Source: Candidatus Enterousia sp.
Lineage (GTDB): Bacteria > Pseudomonadota > Alphaproteobacteria > Rs-D84
NCBI GenBank assembly: GCA_045593685.1
Contig: JAZNXD010000009.1
Span: forward strand, 1-56,098
Length of the DNA: 56,098 bases
Reading direction: 5' to 3'
Below are positions 29,742 through 38,407 of this stretch, in pieces. The number at the start of each line of letters is the position of its first letter. The first letter of the stretch is position 1. Position numbers and translations under genes: made by a program. Below the pieces are notes generated by a model. It worked only from the letters and a program-made list of their open reading frames with translations. It was not told the origin of the DNA and ran no database searches.

Positions 29742-29829
29742 GGAGCGTTGGCAGAGTGGTAATGCAGCAGATTGCTAATCTGTGACCGAAATTTTTGGTC
29801 CATAGGTTCGAGTCCTATACGCTCCGCCA
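29742..29829 (+). tRNA. tRNA-Ser(GCT)
   Basis: GGAGCGT/ACGCTCC acceptor stem, TTGCTAA loop, long variable arm, GTTCGAGTC, CCA; upstream TTGCTT-N17-TATAAT. Confidence 0.95.
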
Positions 29830-30053
29830 GAAAATTCAACCCACCATCCGGTGGGTTTAATTTTTTGTCGCGGATGGTTGACGAGAACCGTCAAGGTTCG
29901 ATACGGAGTAGATTTGGGCAGTGCAACGCCCCCAAATCGTCACGAGTGGAGAGGGGTATCCCCACCCGCGCACGCGGGAAGGGGAGTCCAGTCCTTTTGC
30001 ACCCGCCAGAAAATTCAACCCACCATCCGGTGGGTTTAATTTTTTGTCGCGGA
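29824..30053 (+). repeat. tRNA-linked direct repeat: identical 51-bp copies (29824-29874, 30003-30053) flanking a structured 128-bp spacer
   Basis: CCGCCAGAAAATTCAACCCACCATCCGGTGGGTTTAATTTTTTGTCGCGGA occurs twice. Confidence 0.9.
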
Positions 30054-30098
30054 CGTGAAGATAAATAAAAATTTAGTATGGTAAATATTTATCTTATA

Positions 30099-30132
30099 TG
30101 TCATTCCGTGGCTTGACCACGGAACCCAGGTT
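30099..30132 (+). repeat. REP-like palindrome (TGTCAT-tagged, RPE-like)
   Basis: TGTCATTCCGTGG-CTTGA-CCACGGAACCCAGGTT, matching the cluster at 55.9-56.1 kb with compensated stem changes. Confidence 0.85.
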
Positions 30133-30202
30133 GTGCCACTAAATATATTGTGCCATTTTTTGTGCCTTGACTAATGTGTGCGGCCTGTGTCATAATAAAC
30201 GC

Positions 30203-30241
30203 ATGACAATTCGTTTTATTAATTTTTACTGTTGTCGCTAA
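30203..30241 (+). CDS. Putative leaderless cysS leader peptide MTIRFINFYCCR
   Basis: TTGACT(30167)-N18-CATAAT(30191-30196), ATG 6 nt later; tandem TGT TGT near the stop; 90 nt upstream of cysS. Confidence 0.6.
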   Translation: MTIRFINFYCCR

Positions 30242-30331
30242 GATAAACTTTTTGCAAACTTAATTTGTTTGCATTTCAAACACACGCCTATTAAAATCCC
30301 AATATCAATAAACCCGAAAGGAAAACATAAC

Positions 30332-31756
30332 ATGACGATAAGATTATATAATACATTAACCCGCAAACTGGAAGATTTTACCCCCTTGGAACCGGGCAGG
30401 GTTGGTTTTTATTCGTGTGGTCCAACGGTTTATCATTATACACATTTGGGCAACCTGCGTACGTTTTTACATAATGATTTTTTAAAGCGTATGTTTTTGG
30501 CAAATGGCTATGACGTGCGCCATGTTATGAATATCACAGACGTTGGGCATTTGACCAACGACGAAGATGATTCCGGCGAAGACAAAATGGAAAAGGGCGC
30601 GGCCCGTGATAACAAGTCTGTATGGGATATCGCGCGTTTTTACAAAGACGAATTTTTGCGCGATTTTAATGATCTTAACATGATTGCGCCAACGGTCATG
30701 CCACATGCGACAGATTATATTGCCGAACAAATTGAATTGGTTCAAAAATTGCAAGATTTGGGATATACATATGAAATCCCGGGGGACGGCATTTATTATG
30801 ACACATCAAAATTTGCGGCGTATGGTGCATTGACGGGGGGCAGCCTGGCCGGTAACCGGGCGGGTGCGCGTGTGGGCTTTAATGATGCCAAGCGTAATCC
30901 TACGGATTTTGCTTTGTGGAAATATTCGCCAACTGATGTCAAACGCCAAATGGAGTGGGACAGTCCCTGGGGCGTTGGGTTTCCCGGATGGCACGCAGAA
31001 TGCAGCGCCATGAGCATGAAGTTACTGGGGGCGCATTTTGATATTCACACCGGTGGCGAAGACTTGTCGCGCGTACACCATGCCAATGAAATCGCACAAA
31101 GTGAACCAATCACGGGTGCGCCATGGGTAAACACATGGCTGCATTACAGTTTTCTGCTTGATAAATCTGGCGAAAAAATGGCCAAGTCCAAGGGCGAATT
31201 TTTGGGGATGGATGCATTGCGCAGCCGTGGCTATGATCCAATGGTATATCGTTACTTTGTTGCCACGGGGCATTATCAATCACAGTTGGCTTTTTCGTGG
31301 GAAACGATGGATGCAACGGCCAAAAGTTATGCGAATTTGGTCCGTCGTGTGGCGGATTTGCTGGCATCAGACGGCGAACAGATTAACAAAGATATTTATA
31401 CCAAATGGCACGACAATATGGTCGCGGCCATGTCTGACAATCTGAAAACGGCATCTGTTTTGGTGTTGGTGCAAGATTTTATCAAGTCTGCCGAAATTGA
31501 TGATGGGACCAAACTGGCATTGGTGCGTTTTGCAGATGACCTGTTGGGATTGCAATTTATTGACCGTGCACAAAAGTTGCGCGCATTGGAAAACGAAACA
31601 GCGCCGTCTGAAATTATCGCGCTGGCCGATGCCCGTGCCGCGGCCAAGGCGAACAAAGATTGGGCGAAGGCCGATGCCCTGCGTGCCGAAATCGATGCTG
31701 CCGGTTGGACGGTTTTGGACAACAGGGAAGGGTATAAAATAGTCAAAAAGGCATAA
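30332..31756 (+). CDS. cysS: Cysteine--tRNA ligase
   Basis: YSCGPTVY, HLGN, NITDVGH, DFALWK, WDSPWGVGFPGWHAECSAM, DIHTGG, KMAKS. Confidence 0.97.
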   Translation: MTIRLYNTLTRKLEDFTPLEPGRVGFYSCGPTVYHYTHLGNLRTFLHNDFLKRMFLANGYDVRHVMNITDVGHLTNDEDDSGEDKMEKGAARDNKSVWDIARFYKDEFLRDFNDLNMIAPTVMPHATDYIAEQIELVQKLQDLGYTYEIPGDGIYYDTSKFAAYGALTGGSLAGNRAGARVGFNDAKRNPTDFALWKYSPTDVKRQMEWDSPWGVGFPGWHAECSAMSMKLLGAHFDIHTGGEDLSRVHHANEIAQSEPITGAPWVNTWLHYSFLLDKSGEKMAKSKGEFLGMDALRSRGYDPMVYRYFVATGHYQSQLAFSWETMDATAKSYANLVRRVADLLASDGEQINKDIYTKWHDNMVAAMSDNLKTASVLVLVQDFIKSAEIDDGTKLALVRFADDLLGLQFIDRAQKLRALENETAPSEIIALADARAAAKANKDWAKADALRAEIDAAGWTVLDNREGYKIVKKA

Positions 31757-31856
31757 ACGAAGAAATTAAAAAACCGCCCCGCCAAAACGGCGGGTGTTTT
31801 TGTTGTTGACAAAATGTATTATTTGTGTTATGCTTTCTCGCAAAGAGGAATAAATC

Positions 31857-33545
31857 ATGAACGTAGTTCTTGAAAAGATATTACAAATAATCTTCGGCAG
31901 CCAACTGGATTCAAAACACAGTATCCAGGATTTTAATCGTGTGTATTTTTCAAACAAACGCCGTGAAATAAAATCCGAAGAAGATCTGATGGATTATATT
32001 ATGAATTTTGCGGGATATTATAACTTATATATCCCATCGACGGCATCGTTGCATATGAATATTAAGAATTATATTCACAAAAAACAAGCAGAAGGTTCAT
32101 TGTTACAACATAATGATTTAAACAGAATGTACGGTATTTCAAATGCTCGTGTTTTGTTGACACGTGTTGAACGTGGTGTTTTTACTGCCTCTGACTCCAG
32201 GGCTTATTTATTGCCACAATACAAACCATTTTTTTACCAGGCGCTTTTGCGTGACAGGATGTACAAAAAATTATATATAATGACCGGGGTCTATCGGCAT
32301 GACCACCAAGATAAAAGAAAATTGCGGACCACAGACGATATCATGCGGTGTATGTACGAACACTGTGTTTCAAACAAACTTGTGATTAATGAGCGGCCGG
32401 AATCCGCAGATTTTATAGAATACCTGAATCGATTACACCATGCGGGCAAGTTATTAAATGGTGGCGATATAGAACGCCATTTGGGTGTTTTTGCGGGCAA
32501 CAAAATTGCATGCAATGGATTTGGTGATCTGCTCTTGAACCAATACTGGGTGTCGGGCGCAAAGAAATCGATTGCTTTTATTCGTGATGGGGAACCGCGT
32601 ACATATTTGCCGGTTGAAAATTTGGGGGATTTTATAAGTTGGGCCAAAAGTACCAACAACAAGATTTTTTGTCTGACAGACAAAAATTTGGCATTGGAAG
32701 CATTTTTTGGGGGTATGCATATAACCGGGCCGGAAAATATTTCTGAATTTGAACGCGTCCGGTCGACGCAGGCTCCCCGGCAAAACGACATGACCCAGGT
32801 CCTGGATTACTGCATAGATTATGCATCTTTTCACAATGTGACTTTGCAAGAGTTTAAAATTTATCCATATTCATTATCTGGGGTCATAGAAGAAAAACAG
32901 CGCAATGGCGATTTGTTGACAGCTGCGGATATTTCGCGTGTTACGGGGATTGACAAGCATGTGCCATCATTGTTAAATAGTTTCAGCAAAAATTGTCCCG
33001 GCGGTACGCTGCGGTTTACTGCGTATAATGGGTTTTCGCAATTATATCTAAGGGCAGAAAGTTTAAAATCGTTCGTTACAATGGCCAATCAGTATCATTT
33101 TATTACATCCTTTGCCAAACTGCCGGATGTGTTTGCTAAAATGATGCGAAAAACGACACGGGGCACACCAACAAAGCAGGGGCGTTCGTCACAGCGATAT
33201 ATAGATGGCGGCTTGCTTGATGCCGTTGATCTAGAATTTGCTTTTCCGGGTTGTACGATTAACATGAAACGTGCATTGCGGGAATTTGATTCCTTGTGTC
33301 CAAATACGGTAATCGACGGTCGCTATTTACCGATGGACAAGGTGGATGATTTTAAACGCATAATGCGCATCGAGTCCGCTAAAAAACAACCCGTACAAAA
33401 AAACGATGATGTGTATTCTTTGACGGACAGGCAAATGGATGCAATCGCGGTTGCATTGGCCCAAAAAAACTATCAATCTGAACGTAATGCATGTCGTGAA
33501 CTGTTCGAATATCTTGAACAGGGGATATTTCATAAACAAAAGTAA
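31857..33545 (+). CDS. Hypothetical protein with four internal repeats (possible tandem winged-HTH)
   Basis: TTGACA-N17-TATGCT promoter and GAGG RBS; four copies of G-x-LL-x3-D-[IL]...YL-x7-F. Confidence 0.75.
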   Translation: MNVVLEKILQIIFGSQLDSKHSIQDFNRVYFSNKRREIKSEEDLMDYIMNFAGYYNLYIPSTASLHMNIKNYIHKKQAEGSLLQHNDLNRMYGISNARVLLTRVERGVFTASDSRAYLLPQYKPFFYQALLRDRMYKKLYIMTGVYRHDHQDKRKLRTTDDIMRCMYEHCVSNKLVINERPESADFIEYLNRLHHAGKLLNGGDIERHLGVFAGNKIACNGFGDLLLNQYWVSGAKKSIAFIRDGEPRTYLPVENLGDFISWAKSTNNKIFCLTDKNLALEAFFGGMHITGPENISEFERVRSTQAPRQNDMTQVLDYCIDYASFHNVTLQEFKIYPYSLSGVIEEKQRNGDLLTAADISRVTGIDKHVPSLLNSFSKNCPGGTLRFTAYNGFSQLYLRAESLKSFVTMANQYHFITSFAKLPDVFAKMMRKTTRGTPTKQGRSSQRYIDGGLLDAVDLEFAFPGCTINMKRALREFDSLCPNTVIDGRYLPMDKVDDFKRIMRIESAKKQPVQKNDDVYSLTDRQMDAIAVALAQKNYQSERNACRELFEYLEQGIFHKQK

Positions 33546-33613
33546 TAAAAAGGGCTTGAAAATCAACAATTTTTGGTGTATATTGCCCCACGTTAACAAT
33601 AGAGGAAATTTCC

Positions 33614-34168
33614 ATGAACTATCCATATATGCCAAAATCAACCGCTTTGTGGTTAATTGAAAATACAGCGTTGACATTTGAACAAATCTCGGAATTCTGC
33701 GGTTTGCATGAACTTGAGGTTAAAAGTATTGCCGATGCAGAAACATATAAAATTCAACCATTAAATCCGATTTTAAGTGGCCAAGTTACGCGTGAAGATA
33801 TTGAACGTTGCGAAGCGGATGCGACTGCACGCCTGACATTGCGCAAGGAAATTATTGATGCCCAACAGAAACAGAACAAGCGTGGCGTTGGTTACACGCC
33901 AAAGTTGCACCGTCAAAATCGCTTGGGCGGTATTTTGTGGATTGTAAAAAATTATCCAGAATTATCCGATGGCCAGGTTGCGCGCCTGATGCGCAGTACA
34001 AACCCAACCGTTGCATCGGTTCGCAATAAAACGCATGCTTCTTATTCTGTAATCCAAATTCAAAGTCCGATTGTTTTGGGGTTGGTTTCTGAATCTGCGA
34101 TTCATGATGCAGTTGCCAAGGCGCAAAAGATGGCAAATGCCCCCAAAAAGAAAAAGAAGAAAAAATAA
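33614..34168 (+). CDS. trcR: DUF1013 / TrcR family transcription factor
   Basis: PYMPKSTALWLIENTALTFEQISEFCGLHELEV, YTP, ILWIVKNYPELSDGQV. Confidence 0.88.
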   Translation: MNYPYMPKSTALWLIENTALTFEQISEFCGLHELEVKSIADAETYKIQPLNPILSGQVTREDIERCEADATARLTLRKEIIDAQQKQNKRGVGYTPKLHRQNRLGGILWIVKNYPELSDGQVARLMRSTNPTVASVRNKTHASYSVIQIQSPIVLGLVSESAIHDAVAKAQKMANAPKKKKKKK

Positions 34169-34223
34169 TCACGGTAAATTATTAACTTTTTAAACAACGT
34201 AAACTTGCAACAAGGGTTAATTA

Positions 34224-36308
34224 ATGGCTAAGAAACTGGACGAAGCAACAAGACTTTTGATTGAGTCTTTGCCAGAAAACTTACAAAAATTGGCATCAAA
34301 CGCGATTGAAATTGGATACATGTCGCGTATGGACTTTGATTCCGCAACCGAAGCGGACGAAGTACCCGCCGAAGAGCATGATGAAGTTTTGGACTTTTTT
34401 CAACAGGACTTGGGACTGGAAATCCTGGAAATTGACAACTATCCCCAGGATTTAAACCGTTATTATGGTGCCGACGAAGATGACGGGCCACGCGATAAAA
34501 CGCGCAATTTATTAAATGCCGATGCAGAGCAGGTCGATGTAAACGACGACGACTATGAACATTATGCAAAACAGTTGGAACGCAGTCAGACAGGCGCCCT
34601 TGTTCTTGGGGTCCAGGATTCTGTTCAATCATATTTAAAACAGATTGGAACCGTGCAACTGTTAACGGCCGCCGGCGAAGTTGCCATTGCCCAACGTATC
34701 GAGGCTGCGTCCCGTCTGATGGTATATGGCCTGTGCGAAAGTCCCATGACAATCCAGGCTATGTTGGATTGGTATCAACAGTTATTAAATGAAGATATTC
34801 GTCTGCGCTATATCGTGAATCTAGAAGTCATGTATTCCAGTGAATCTGAACAAAAATCCCTGGCCGCCTTGTCCGAGGCCTTAAAGTCCAAGGGTGTGGA
34901 ACATGTGGACGAACTGGACGACGATGATTTGGACGATTTGGCGGATGCGTCTGTGGATTCTGATGAAGAAGACGAAGATGGTATGGACGAAGAAGACGGT
35001 ATCAAAAAAGAAGATACCCCACGCAGCACATCCGGCGTACCAATTCCCGTTATGGAAGAATCATTGATGCCGATGGTTATGGAACTGTTTTCCAAGATTA
35101 AGCGCATCTTTAACAGTATGCAAAAATTACAGGCCAAACGCTTGGAAAATCTGTTGTCGTCCGACACGCCCGATGCCGCACTGGAAAAGAAATACACAAA
35201 ACTTCGTCTGGAATTATTTGAACACGTCAGCAAGATTCGCCTGAACGACGACAGAATTGCCGAAATCTTGGAACAGTTGACCAAACGTGACCAGCTGTTA
35301 ATGGGGCTAGAAGGGAAATTGTTGCGCCTGGCCATGGCGAACAAGGTCAAACGCGAAGACTTCTTGGCCGAATATGTTGGCAATGAATTGAATCGTAACT
35401 GGGTTAAAAAATTGGCAAAAAGCAAAAATGCCGCCTGGGCAAACTTTGCAAAAAAGCACGAAGCAGACATTTTAAAGATTCAAGAAGACATAACCGCAAT
35501 CGCAACCGAAACCGGTCAACCGACCGCCGAATACAAAAAGGTTGTGGAATTGGTCCGCCGTGGCCAGGCCGAAGCCGCCCGCGCCAAACGCGAAATGATA
35601 GAAGCGAACCTGCGTCTTGTTATTAAATTTGCCAAAAAATCCAGCAACCGTGGCCTTGGGCTTGATTTTTCGGACCTGGTCCAGGATGGAAACATCGGCC
35701 TGATGAAGGCGGTTGATAAATTTGATTATCGTTTGGGAAATAAATTTTCAACATATGCAACCAACTGGATACAGCAGGGTATTTCGCGCAGCATCGCGGA
35801 CCAGGCCCGCACAATTCGTATCCCGGTACATATGATTGATAATATTCACAAAATCCAACGTGCATCGCGTCAATTTATGCATAAATACGGACGTCAGCCA
35901 ACCGCCGAAGAATTGTCCAAGATTATTTATCTGCCGGTTGACAAGATTCACAAGGCGATGAAGGTTAATTTGAAACCAATCTCGCTAGAAGCGCCCGTTG
36001 GCACCGAAGATGACAGTTCACGTATTGAAATTATCGCGGACGAAACGGCCAAGAATCCGTTTACATCCGCCGCGCAAAAGAATCTGCGTAAAATCGTTAC
36101 CCAGATTTTGTCGGAATTGGACCCCAAGGAAGAAACAGTCCTGCGTAAACGTTTCGGGATGAGTAATAACAAGGTTAACACCCTGGAAGAAGTTGGTGCC
36201 GACCTTAGTGTTACGCGTGAACGTGTTCGTCAGATTGAACAAAAGGCGCTGAATAAATTAAAGCATCCAACACGTGCACGTAAATTGCGCAGTTTCTTGG
36301 AAGATTAA
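34224..36308 (+). CDS. rpoD: RNA polymerase primary sigma factor
   Basis: Region 1.2 [14 protein letters not shown]; [45 protein letters not shown]...[10 protein letters not shown]. Confidence 0.96.
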   Translation: MAKKLDEATRLLIESLPENLQKLASNAIEIGYMSRMDFDSATEADEVPAEEHDEVLDFFQQDLGLEILEIDNYPQDLNRYYGADEDDGPRDKTRNLLNADAEQVDVNDDDYEHYAKQLERSQTGALVLGVQDSVQSYLKQIGTVQLLTAAGEVAIAQRIEAASRLMVYGLCESPMTIQAMLDWYQQLLNEDIRLRYIVNLEVMYSSESEQKSLAALSEALKSKGVEHVDELDDDDLDDLADASVDSDEEDEDGMDEEDGIKKEDTPRSTSGVPIPVMEESLMPMVMELFSKIKRIFNSMQKLQAKRLENLLSSDTPDAALEKKYTKLRLELFEHVSKIRLNDDRIAEILEQLTKRDQLLMGLEGKLLRLAMANKVKREDFLAEYVGNELNRNWVKKLAKSKNAAWANFAKKHEADILKIQEDITAIATETGQPTAEYKKVVELVRRGQAEAARAKREMIEANLRLVIKFAKKSSNRGLGLDFSDLVQDGNIGLMKAVDKFDYRLGNKFSTYATNWIQQGISRSIADQARTIRIPVHMIDNIHKIQRASRQFMHKYGRQPTAEELSKIIYLPVDKIHKAMKVNLKPISLEAPVGTEDDSSRIEIIADETAKNPFTSAAQKNLRKIVTQILSELDPKEETVLRKRFGMSNNKVNTLEEVGADLSVTRERVRQIEQKALNKLKHPTRARKLRSFLED

Positions 36309-36355
36309 TCTAACCGCCCCGCTATCTGCGGGGTATTTACATTATGGTGGCAGGT

Positions 36356-36949
36356 ATGAAAAAAGTATTATTGTTTTTTAATGGTGTATCGGGCAGTGGC
36401 AAAACATATTTTATACAAAACAATATCCCGTCCGGATTATTTTATAATTTGCGTTCGGCAACCACACGCCCCATGCGTGCCGGCGAATCCGAAGGTGCGC
36501 CATACTTTTTTCGTGACGAAGCATATTTTGATACAACGCCGCTGGCGACGTTTTTGTGGGTTAATCGTGCGATATGGCAACCCGGCGATAAAAAATGGCT
36601 GTATGGCGTTCCGGAATTTGAAATATATGAACACATGAATCAAAACTTAATCTATGATGTGATTGAACCGCAATACACACGTCAAATGATTGATTGGTTT
36701 TGCGCGCATAATTTAGATGCGCACTACGATTTCAAAATTGCATATTTTCTGCCGCCCGAAAACAATATGGATACGGTTCGCAAACGCGCCAACATGCCGG
36801 GGGACGCAACTGTGCGCACAAACAACACCTGTGCGCCCGCAGATTTTGCGCGGGCGAATCTGACACCGGATTATACGTTATCTCCGCGCAGCGGAATTTA
36901 TGATAAAAATTTAACCGAATTAATAAAAAATTTACAACGTATCCGATAA
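36356..36949 (+). CDS. Guanylate-kinase-like P-loop protein (divergent)
   Basis: GVSGSGKT, SATTRPMRAGESEGAPYFF, LYGVP; atypical C-terminal half. Confidence 0.7.
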   Translation: MKKVLLFFNGVSGSGKTYFIQNNIPSGLFYNLRSATTRPMRAGESEGAPYFFRDEAYFDTTPLATFLWVNRAIWQPGDKKWLYGVPEFEIYEHMNQNLIYDVIEPQYTRQMIDWFCAHNLDAHYDFKIAYFLPPENNMDTVRKRANMPGDATVRTNNTCAPADFARANLTPDYTLSPRSGIYDKNLTELIKNLQRIR

Positions 36950-36990
36950 TTTGAATTGAAATAATTATTTTCATATGCTAGGATACTCAT

Positions 36991-37071
36991 CGACATAACA
37001 GATTGTTATGTTGGGCGTCGAAACCCGTTATAAGGCATCACACCGTTTAATAACGGTATGTGTTTTATTTG
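36991..37071 (+). ncRNA. Short structured leader RNA, element E3
   Basis: TTGAAA-N17-TAGGAT promoter; CGACATAACA/TGTTATGTTG hairpin; GGG-CGTCGAAA-CCC hairpin; ACCGTT/AACGGT hairpin plus T-rich run before the AAAGGA RBS. Confidence 0.45.
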
Positions 37072-37084
37072 AAAGGACGGGAAA

Positions 37085-38296
37085 ATGAAACGCTATTTTA
37101 TTCGTTGCATGGGTGCAATTTTATCATCATTATCAATTGGAACAAACACAAATGCGGGCCTGGTGGACAGTCAGGGTTACACGGTAACGGTCGACGAAAA
37201 CAGAACCAATCGTTGGTACGTTGGATGGAAGTCAAATAATGAGGGCGAAACCCACAGCGAGAGTTTCCAAAATGGGAATCATATTTTTAATCAAAACATC
37301 TTAACGGCGGATGATATTGATGCCGATGCATTTGGTTATGGGGTTGAGGATAATGGTTATGTTTATGTAACTCAGCCCGAGGTTTCGCATTCGGGTGAAA
37401 TTATAATATCCGCCGCGCGTTATAATTTGTTAAATCCGGGCGCGAATGCATATTACACCGGCGCGCGTGTCGGTAATACAACTGGCTTTCGTCAATACAT
37501 ATTGGTTAATTCCGACACCAATTATGGTAACATAGGCAAGCTTTATTACGTTGCAACGTCCCACTATTTTCGAGAAGCAGGATGTTGCATGTTAGAGGTG
37601 TACAGCGGGTCGAGCAGCGGCTTTTCATACAGTGGTAATGGCGAATCGTACAGCGAATGCCCTTGCTACTATACTTATGCGGACGTTGCGTATGTTGGCA
37701 GTGCTAATTGCAGCACTTCCACCCCCGGCGGTGGTCCATATCAGATAAGCGGCCTGAGCACCACAAATAATAGATCCAAAGATTGCCCCCACCGAATCCA
37801 GGATGCAACCGTTTGTTACAAACACACAAGGTGTTTCGATAAAAAATATACGGATTCACAAACCGGCCAGGGTGTATCGGGCTGTGATATGATGTTAAAC
37901 CCGTTGGTTGGCATGGCGAATGCGGTGCACAATGATATTGATTATCCCGAGGATTGGGATTTGGGGCGCGTAACCTGTACCGAAGATAATATGTCATGGT
38001 ATTGTACGCCCGGTTTTACTTCGGGTGTGTATGTCGACGGAAAAACGGTATACATGAACTATATGACCACGACGGATTATATGACGTTTAATTGGTGCGC
38101 TGACTGTCCTGTTCCAAATACGACAACTGTTGATGGTTATGAACTTACCAACACGTCATATGGTTCAAATGGTGGTATTGGCATTGGCCAGTGTTATGTC
38201 GATGGACCAACAGCCACGGATAATTCAGGAACATTTGAATTCACGACCAGTGCCGGTACGACCCAAACCTGTTACGGCGATCATTATGCTACCTAG
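37085..38296 (+). CDS. Cys-rich secreted protein
   Basis: Signal peptide; Tyr/Gly/Cys-rich; C-terminal CxxCP...D-x-x-GTFEF...TCY motif shared with 19177..20556. Confidence 0.8.
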   Translation: MKRYFIRCMGAILSSLSIGTNTNAGLVDSQGYTVTVDENRTNRWYVGWKSNNEGETHSESFQNGNHIFNQNILTADDIDADAFGYGVEDNGYVYVTQPEVSHSGEIIISAARYNLLNPGANAYYTGARVGNTTGFRQYILVNSDTNYGNIGKLYYVATSHYFREAGCCMLEVYSGSSSGFSYSGNGESYSECPCYYTYADVAYVGSANCSTSTPGGGPYQISGLSTTNNRSKDCPHRIQDATVCYKHTRCFDKKYTDSQTGQGVSGCDMMLNPLVGMANAVHNDIDYPEDWDLGRVTCTEDNMSWYCTPGFTSGVYVDGKTVYMNYMTTTDYMTFNWCADCPVPNTTTVDGYELTNTSYGSNGGIGIGQCYVDGPTATDNSGTFEFTTSAGTTQTCYGDHYAT

Positions 38297-38407
38297 GCAT
38301 GCATTGCCCAAAGTAATCAACGTCATTTCTCTTTGAAATGGCGTTTTTTTTGTGCGTTCATAATTTTGTGTGTAAAACAGAACCGCCGTTTTGGCGGTTC
38401 GTGTAAA

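Noticed and set aside
29824-30053. attL/attR of an integrated element at tRNA-Ser
   Set aside because: Only 128 bp between the repeats, the duplication is mostly terminator rather than tRNA 3' half, and there is no integrase.
29772-30068. ORFs 29772..30068 and 29851..30039
   Set aside because: They overlap tRNA-Ser and the repeat/terminators; no coding signals.
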